A stretch of 63,254 nt of DNA, counting the filler. It is 5 parts of 5 records of this genome, joined end to end, with 100 filler letters (N's around TTAATTAATTAA, not from the genome) between each part and the next. Parts side by side here need not be neighbours in the genome. Positions count along the whole stretch, not along the records: positions 45,696 to 63,254 come from SRR31156797_183; 4 more parts are not named here. One strand, written 5' to 3'. The position numbers and the translations under genes are program-made. Within the stretch, counting starts at the first letter, position 1. Every line of letters starts with the position of its first letter. Of the stretch, positions 58,752 to 63,254 are shown piece after piece. The notes under the pieces were generated by a model. It worked only from the letters and a program-made list of their open reading frames with translations, did not search any database and was not told where the DNA came from.

Positions 58752-58767
58752 TTTGAGTAAAAATGAA

Positions 58768-59790
58768 TTATCCTGTGCCTAATTTCGTTGGATCAATCTT
58801 GTCTTTCAAAAAAAGCTCTTGGGTTAAAATTTCTGTAATATCGCTTTTGAAAGCAAATTCCATTCTTGTATCATTTACATAAGCTTTTATACGCATGCGG
58901 AGTACTATGCGATTGGCAATTACTTCTTGCTGAAACAATACAACGATTGGTTTTTTGATATAAATATAAGCTGAAACTGCTGCTGCATCATATGCAATTT
59001 TACGAGCATAAAGAGTATCTGTATGAATTGGCAAATATACATCAGTTACTACTTGACAATTATCTTCACCTGCATTGGCATTGGCAACAGATTTGTTCAT
59101 TAATTCAGCGTTAGGAACAGATACCAGATTATCATCAGGAGTTACAAGCCGTGTAGAGCGAAGTCCAATTTCAACAATTTCACCATAGTGTTCGCCAATA
59201 CTTACCTTATCACCTACTTTAAAGGGTCGGTCAAATATAATAGTAATACCTCCAAAAATGTTTTTTAATAAATCTTGAGAAGCAAATCCTACAGCCACAC
59301 CTACAGATGCACCAAAAGCCAATAAAGATGCCATTGGTGGTTTAATAACTGAAACAAGGATAAAACTGATAGCCCCTATCCAAACAAGGATCCTGAGTAA
59401 TGGGATTATTCCTTTTATGGCTACACGGCGTTTTATACTAAGTTCTCCCCAAACATTAAGTATTTTGGAAAGTAGCTTTAGAAATAAATAAGTAAGTAAT
59501 AAAACAAAAATGGTATATATAATTTTACCACCTGAAATATATTCCAAAATAGATTCTGGCGAAATATCTATAGCAGAGTCCACTTTTGCAGTATCTGAAC
59601 TATTTTCCGATGTAATTGAATCTGCAATTGGCAATTCTAAAACCGTTACTGGTGTATCAACCATTTTAACGTTGCTATCATTATCGGATTGTGAGTACCC
59701 ATTTAATTCAAACACTAACAATAGAGCAAGCAATCCAATTTTAGGAGTTAAAGATTTAAATATTGATCTCATTAATTTTTTCATTCGCAT
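58768..59790 (-). CDS. MscS-family mechanosensitive channel with signal-like N-terminal extension
   Basis: GVAVGFASQDLLKNIFGG, DRPFKVGD, YGEIVEIGLRSTRL.TPDD..VSVPN. Confidence 0.93.
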   Translation of the reverse strand: MRMKKLMRSIFKSLTPKIGLLALLLVFELNGYSQSDNDSNVKMVDTPVTVLELPIADSITSENSSDTAKVDSAIDISPESILEYISGGKIIYTIFVLLLTYLFLKLLSKILNVWGELSIKRRVAIKGIIPLLRILVWIGAISFILVSVIKPPMASLLAFGASVGVAVGFASQDLLKNIFGGITIIFDRPFKVGDKVSIGEHYGEIVEIGLRSTRLVTPDDNLVSVPNAELMNKSVANANAGEDNCQVVTDVYLPIHTDTLYARKIAYDAAAVSAYIYIKKPIVVLFQQEVIANRIVLRMRIKAYVNDTRMEFAFKSDITEILTQELFLKDKIDPTKLGTG

Positions 59791-59799
59791 TTTTCTAAT

Positions 59800-62760
59800 T
59801 CAATGTATTAAATTTCTGGCTTCTAACATTCCAACAATGTGCCTGTACAATATAGAATGTAAATAATAATATCCGTTTAAAAATGTTAAAACCCCATCTT
59901 CTTTCAAGATCGTTAATAACCTTTTGGCAGATATCTCACTTATATTCATAGTCATAGCCAAAATTGCCGTGTTAATTTTACCATGCATAACTACTGCAAG
60001 CAATGTTTTTGCCTTTTCTTTAGACAAATTTTGCAAGAATGAAAACTCCGGAGATGTAAAATTTGTAATTAATAAATTATATCCATCTATCTTTTTAATT
60101 GATAATAGCCAATAACTAAGGGCAAGACTTAAATTACTTTGAGCAAACTGATTTAGCCTATTAAAATATCTGACTTCAAGCTCTGATTGCGCAGCTTCTT
60201 CTGAAAGTTTTGAAGTTTTCTTTCCCACTGATTGATCATTGATTTCATATTTCACATTATACCCACTAAGCCTGTTACGCTTAAAGATTACATTCTGTAT
60301 TTCTTCAGGTGTAAAATTTTTAATCTCAATTTTATGGTCAAAATAGTCTTCCACATGATAAACAAGACTCAAATATCTCCATGCATATTTTGCACTTACA
60401 AAAATCCAGAAAATCTGTTGATTTGTTTCCGCAACCAGATCTAAAAATCGCTGTAGACAAGCTATTCCATTAACTTTCCTTAGGAACAACCTTTCCACAC
60501 CATCTATTATGATGATTTTTCTGCTTTTGTGTTCAATAAAATAATTTTGCAGATCATCATCAAATGCAATATCAGCACCTAGCACATCACTTATTAGTTT
60601 GTGAAAATCCTGTTCTGTTGAAAAAAAATCTCCAACATGATATTTTGTTACCTTATATTTAAACTTAACAGTGTTGATAATATAATTGATTAATGAAGAC
60701 TTTCCGCCACCATTTTCGCCCACAACAACACTTGCAGCATAATTACCAACTTGCCAATCTTTATAGGCACTTTCTATCATAGCAATTTCATGCTCCCGGC
60801 CTATAAATAAATTGGTTTCATCAATTGGCTTAAGTTCAAATAATCGCTTATAAACCAAAGGAAGATTTTCAATAATATCACTGGTTTCATTGAGAAAGTT
60901 TGAAAGCTCTGATGTGATAGCCGCACTTGGAGGTACTAAGTGTAGTTTTTTCTTAATAATACCAATTATTGAACTAGCTTTCGTTCTAATAGACAGACCT
61001 AATGCTTTGCTTTTCTTTTTATGGATTTTGATGAAGCTTGTTGTAATATCTTTAACCCAATTGGATCTTTTTAACACTCTACTTTTAGCAACCTTCAGAT
61101 AAATATCCTGAATATTCTTTTCAAAATGTAAGTTTCTTATCTCGGAGCAATAAAGCTCCACCATTTTTATTGTTGGTCTGAGAAAGTCCTCCTTGATCAT
61201 AACAAGAGCCTCAAATAGAGCTGAAACCTTACTGGTTGCATTTTCGAATCCACTGTGCAAAATTTCCAACGCATCCTGATCAGCACCTTTATTATCTTTG
61301 TTTTCAATAATATCCAGTGCATTATCGAAACAAAAATCTAATATATGATGCAAATCATTAGATAATAGTGCAAATTTTTCTAAGCTCGCTGAAAACTTTA
61401 ATTTCAAAGCCGTCATCTCTTGTTGTAAATCCGGGAATCGAGTATTTACAAGATAAGGTTTAATTATATTCTCGAGTGTATTTCTATAAGGCTGATCAGG
61501 TTGCTTTACCTGGTCTTCTCTATTTTCAAGAATGCTTTTCGTTATTTCCTGAATTTTTGCTTCCATGTGACCAGAGCTATTCATAATTTGCTGGACAAAA
61601 TTCAAGCTGGACAACTCATTTATTGGTGGTACAAGGGTTTTGTTCATTTTATAAACCCCTTGCACTACATAACTTTTCAATAAATCAAGATCATTCTCAG
61701 GAATGCTTTTCAATTCATCTTTTAAACTTTTCACCACCTGACTAAGCTCCGCAATGACAGGTCTAATAGAATTATTGACCTTGACTTCAAAGTTATTTTG
61801 AAATTCATTTTGGGGAATACTAATTTTTGCTGCTATGGCAGAAAGCCTCATTTGAAATTGCATATTCGACAACAATTTCTCCCACTCTTTCTTGGTACCA
61901 GCCTGTACAGCAGCTAATTGATTATCAACTTTTGTATATTTACGTAAAGTTTTCCATTTGTAATACCATGTTGGGAGTTCAATAGTCCCTAATTTGAATA
62001 TGCTTGTTAAAAATGCAGACTGATTTTCCTCCTTTGTTTTATGAAAATCTGAGCCAATAACCTGGATTAAATCAGTAACAATTATATTAAAATCTAATTC
62101 ATGAGTTTCAAAATATGCAGGTTTCACATCAAATTGACCAATTTGGTTCTGTAATGAACTGATACATTGCTTAACACTGTTAATATAATTTCTCTCTAAT
62201 TCAGCAAGTAACTTTTTTACAGGAGAAACTACGTTTGAATACAATACCAAATCACGCCTAACCCTATGATTCCAATACTTAACGGGTTTCTTTTTTTTGC
62301 GAAAGATGATTCTGAAAAGATTTAAAAAACGCAAAGGCCATTTGCTAATAAGAAAGAATAGAATTTTCCAGAGCTTTAAAAACTTCAGTCCAATTGAATC
62401 CTCTTTACGCAATTTAAATCGATCTGAAACCTGTTCCTGAATTACCGGATCATTCAAACTGTAGCGTTCCTTTTTGATAATCTCAGCTATTTCTCCATTT
62501 AAAACATCAATTCTATTTCCATACTCCTTGCGAAACTCAGCAATCAACAACTCAATTTCACTTCTAAAAAACAACTCTTGTTTTACTGTTTCGGAATATT
62601 GCTGTGGCTCTTTTAGCCTAATTTTGTATTCATTGATGCGTGTTTCAATACTTTTATATACAGCCAAAAGAGCATCATTGCGTTTTTGAAATTCACTCTG
62701 AACCATGTCCTTCAGCAATTCAAACACATGGGAATAATCATTATTGAAATTGTAATTCAT
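59800..62760 (-). CDS. Large helical/coiled-coil protein with C-terminal P-loop (AAA/STAND-like) ATPase and probable winged helix
   Basis: LP.VY.RLF..FIGRE.EI, Walker A GENGGGKSS, Walker B IIIIDG, C-terminal LA..MNIS..SAKRLL..L.EDG. Confidence 0.75.
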   Translation of the reverse strand: MNYNFNNDYSHVFELLKDMVQSEFQKRNDALLAVYKSIETRINEYKIRLKEPQQYSETVKQELFFRSEIELLIAEFRKEYGNRIDVLNGEIAEIIKKERYSLNDPVIQEQVSDRFKLRKEDSIGLKFLKLWKILFFLISKWPLRFLNLFRIIFRKKKKPVKYWNHRVRRDLVLYSNVVSPVKKLLAELERNYINSVKQCISSLQNQIGQFDVKPAYFETHELDFNIIVTDLIQVIGSDFHKTKEENQSAFLTSIFKLGTIELPTWYYKWKTLRKYTKVDNQLAAVQAGTKKEWEKLLSNMQFQMRLSAIAAKISIPQNEFQNNFEVKVNNSIRPVIAELSQVVKSLKDELKSIPENDLDLLKSYVVQGVYKMNKTLVPPINELSSLNFVQQIMNSSGHMEAKIQEITKSILENREDQVKQPDQPYRNTLENIIKPYLVNTRFPDLQQEMTALKLKFSASLEKFALLSNDLHHILDFCFDNALDIIENKDNKGADQDALEILHSGFENATSKVSALFEALVMIKEDFLRPTIKMVELYCSEIRNLHFEKNIQDIYLKVAKSRVLKRSNWVKDITTSFIKIHKKKSKALGLSIRTKASSIIGIIKKKLHLVPPSAAITSELSNFLNETSDIIENLPLVYKRLFELKPIDETNLFIGREHEIAMIESAYKDWQVGNYAASVVVGENGGGKSSLINYIINTVKFKYKVTKYHVGDFFSTEQDFHKLISDVLGADIAFDDDLQNYFIEHKSRKIIIIDGVERLFLRKVNGIACLQRFLDLVAETNQQIFWIFVSAKYAWRYLSLVYHVEDYFDHKIEIKNFTPEEIQNVIFKRNRLSGYNVKYEINDQSVGKKTSKLSEEAAQSELEVRYFNRLNQFAQSNLSLALSYWLLSIKKIDGYNLLITNFTSPEFSFLQNLSKEKAKTLLAVVMHGKINTAILAMTMNISEISAKRLLTILKEDGVLTFLNGYYYLHSILYRHIVGMLEARNLIH

Positions 62761-62807
62761 TGGTTAAAAATAAGACTAATTTACGAAATATTCTCCTCAA
62801 GAAAACG

Positions 62808-62933
62808 CCATTTTCTTCGTTACGCTTGCTGAAAATCTGGTCGCTTCGGCAGGCTCAGCGCATTTACCTAAGTAAAGTCCCATTTTCTCAGCTTCGCAAG
62901 CCTCAAAAATGAATCTTTAGCTGCGCTGAGCTT
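62808..62933. repeat. Nested palindromic intergenic element (REP/MITE-like)
   Basis: CATTTT/AAAATG, GCTTGC/GCAAGC, TTTAC-CTAA-GTAAA, and AGGCTCAGCGCA (62851-62862) pairing with TGCGCTGAGCTT (62922-62933). Confidence 0.55.
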
Positions 62934-62978
62934 CGTTTCACTACGGTTCTTTATCAGAGAAGGAGTTTTTTGCGACCA

Positions 62979-63254
62979 CTAAATGTGTTTTATTTGGTAA
63001 ATATCTTTTCTGCGGTCTTTCTTATTTCGAACACTTCCGAACTGATTAAGCTCGCGCAATAAATCAATATCCACATCAGCAATTAAAATCATTTCTGTAT
63101 TTGGCGTAGCTTCCGCCTTAATTCCATTGGTTGGGAATGCAAAGTCGCAAGGTGTAAAAACCATTGATTGTGCATATTGAATATCCATATTATGGACCTT
63201 TGGCAAGTTCCCCACGCTACCAGTAATGGCCACATAGCATTCATTTTCAATAGC
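62979..63254 (-). CDS. Carbon-nitrogen hydrolase (nitrilase family) C-terminal fragment, probably of the GNAT-nitrilase fusion type
   Basis: AIENECYVAITGSVGNLP..NMDIQYAQS.VFTPCDFAFP..GSVRN.KDRR. Confidence 0.85.
   Translation of the reverse strand, partial: AIENECYVAITGSVGNLPKVHNMDIQYAQSMVFTPCDFAFPTNGIKAEATPNTEMILIADVDIDLLRELNQFGSVRNKKDRRKDIYQIKHI

Noticed and set aside
1-63254. CRISPR arrays, tRNA/rRNA genes, transposases, integrases, prophage or known defence genes
   Set aside because: No regularly spaced repeats, RNA-gene signatures or such protein motifs were recognised by eye. A covariance-model or HMM scan would be needed to exclude them formally.

Overview
This window is not one locus. 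It is five unrelated contigs joined by artificial 100-bp spacers (44 N + TTAATTAATTAA + 44 N) at 14320-14419, 21258-21357, 39685-39784 and 45596-45695. Contig A (1-14319, AT-rich, Campylobacterota/Arcobacter-like) has a ybgA-photolyase-FAD oxidoreductase-LytS/LytTR operon, a PAS-EAL protein, four two-component genes and the start of a urea ABC transporter (urtA, urtB). Contig B (14420-21257, Campylobacterota-like) has a Fur-boxed operon (unannotated 39-aa Cys-rich peptide, ABC ATPase, DUF4857-like protein, feoA, feoB), a divergent copA-copZ pair and the 3' end of hcp. Contig C (21358-39684, archaeal, Methanosarcinaceae-like) is an aglB-linked N-glycosylation island. It carries two CMP-sugar-acid activation modules: a PseB/NeuB/PseF nonulosonate operon lacking PseC and PseG but with a cupin and an RmlD-like reductase, and an HpcH-aldolase/second cytidylyltransferase/dehydrogenase/cyclase/HAD set with a B12-radical-SAM enzyme. 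This is the best candidate for an undescribed system. Contig D (39785-45595, Campylobacterota-like) has a nitrite/sulfite reductase, a cysteine desulfurase-like gene and napH-B-F-(extra acidic ORF)-L-D-PAS. Contig E (45696-63254, Bacteroidota-like) has a metal-type TonB receptor with a HYC_CC_PP protein, a sigma54-regulated MacAB-like efflux operon, two convergent mscS genes, a 986-aa coiled-coil/P-loop ATPase gene coupled to one mscS, and palindromic intergenic elements. No rRNA, tRNA, CRISPR array or transposase was recognised. Taxonomy and family names come from motif recognition by eye, not database searches.
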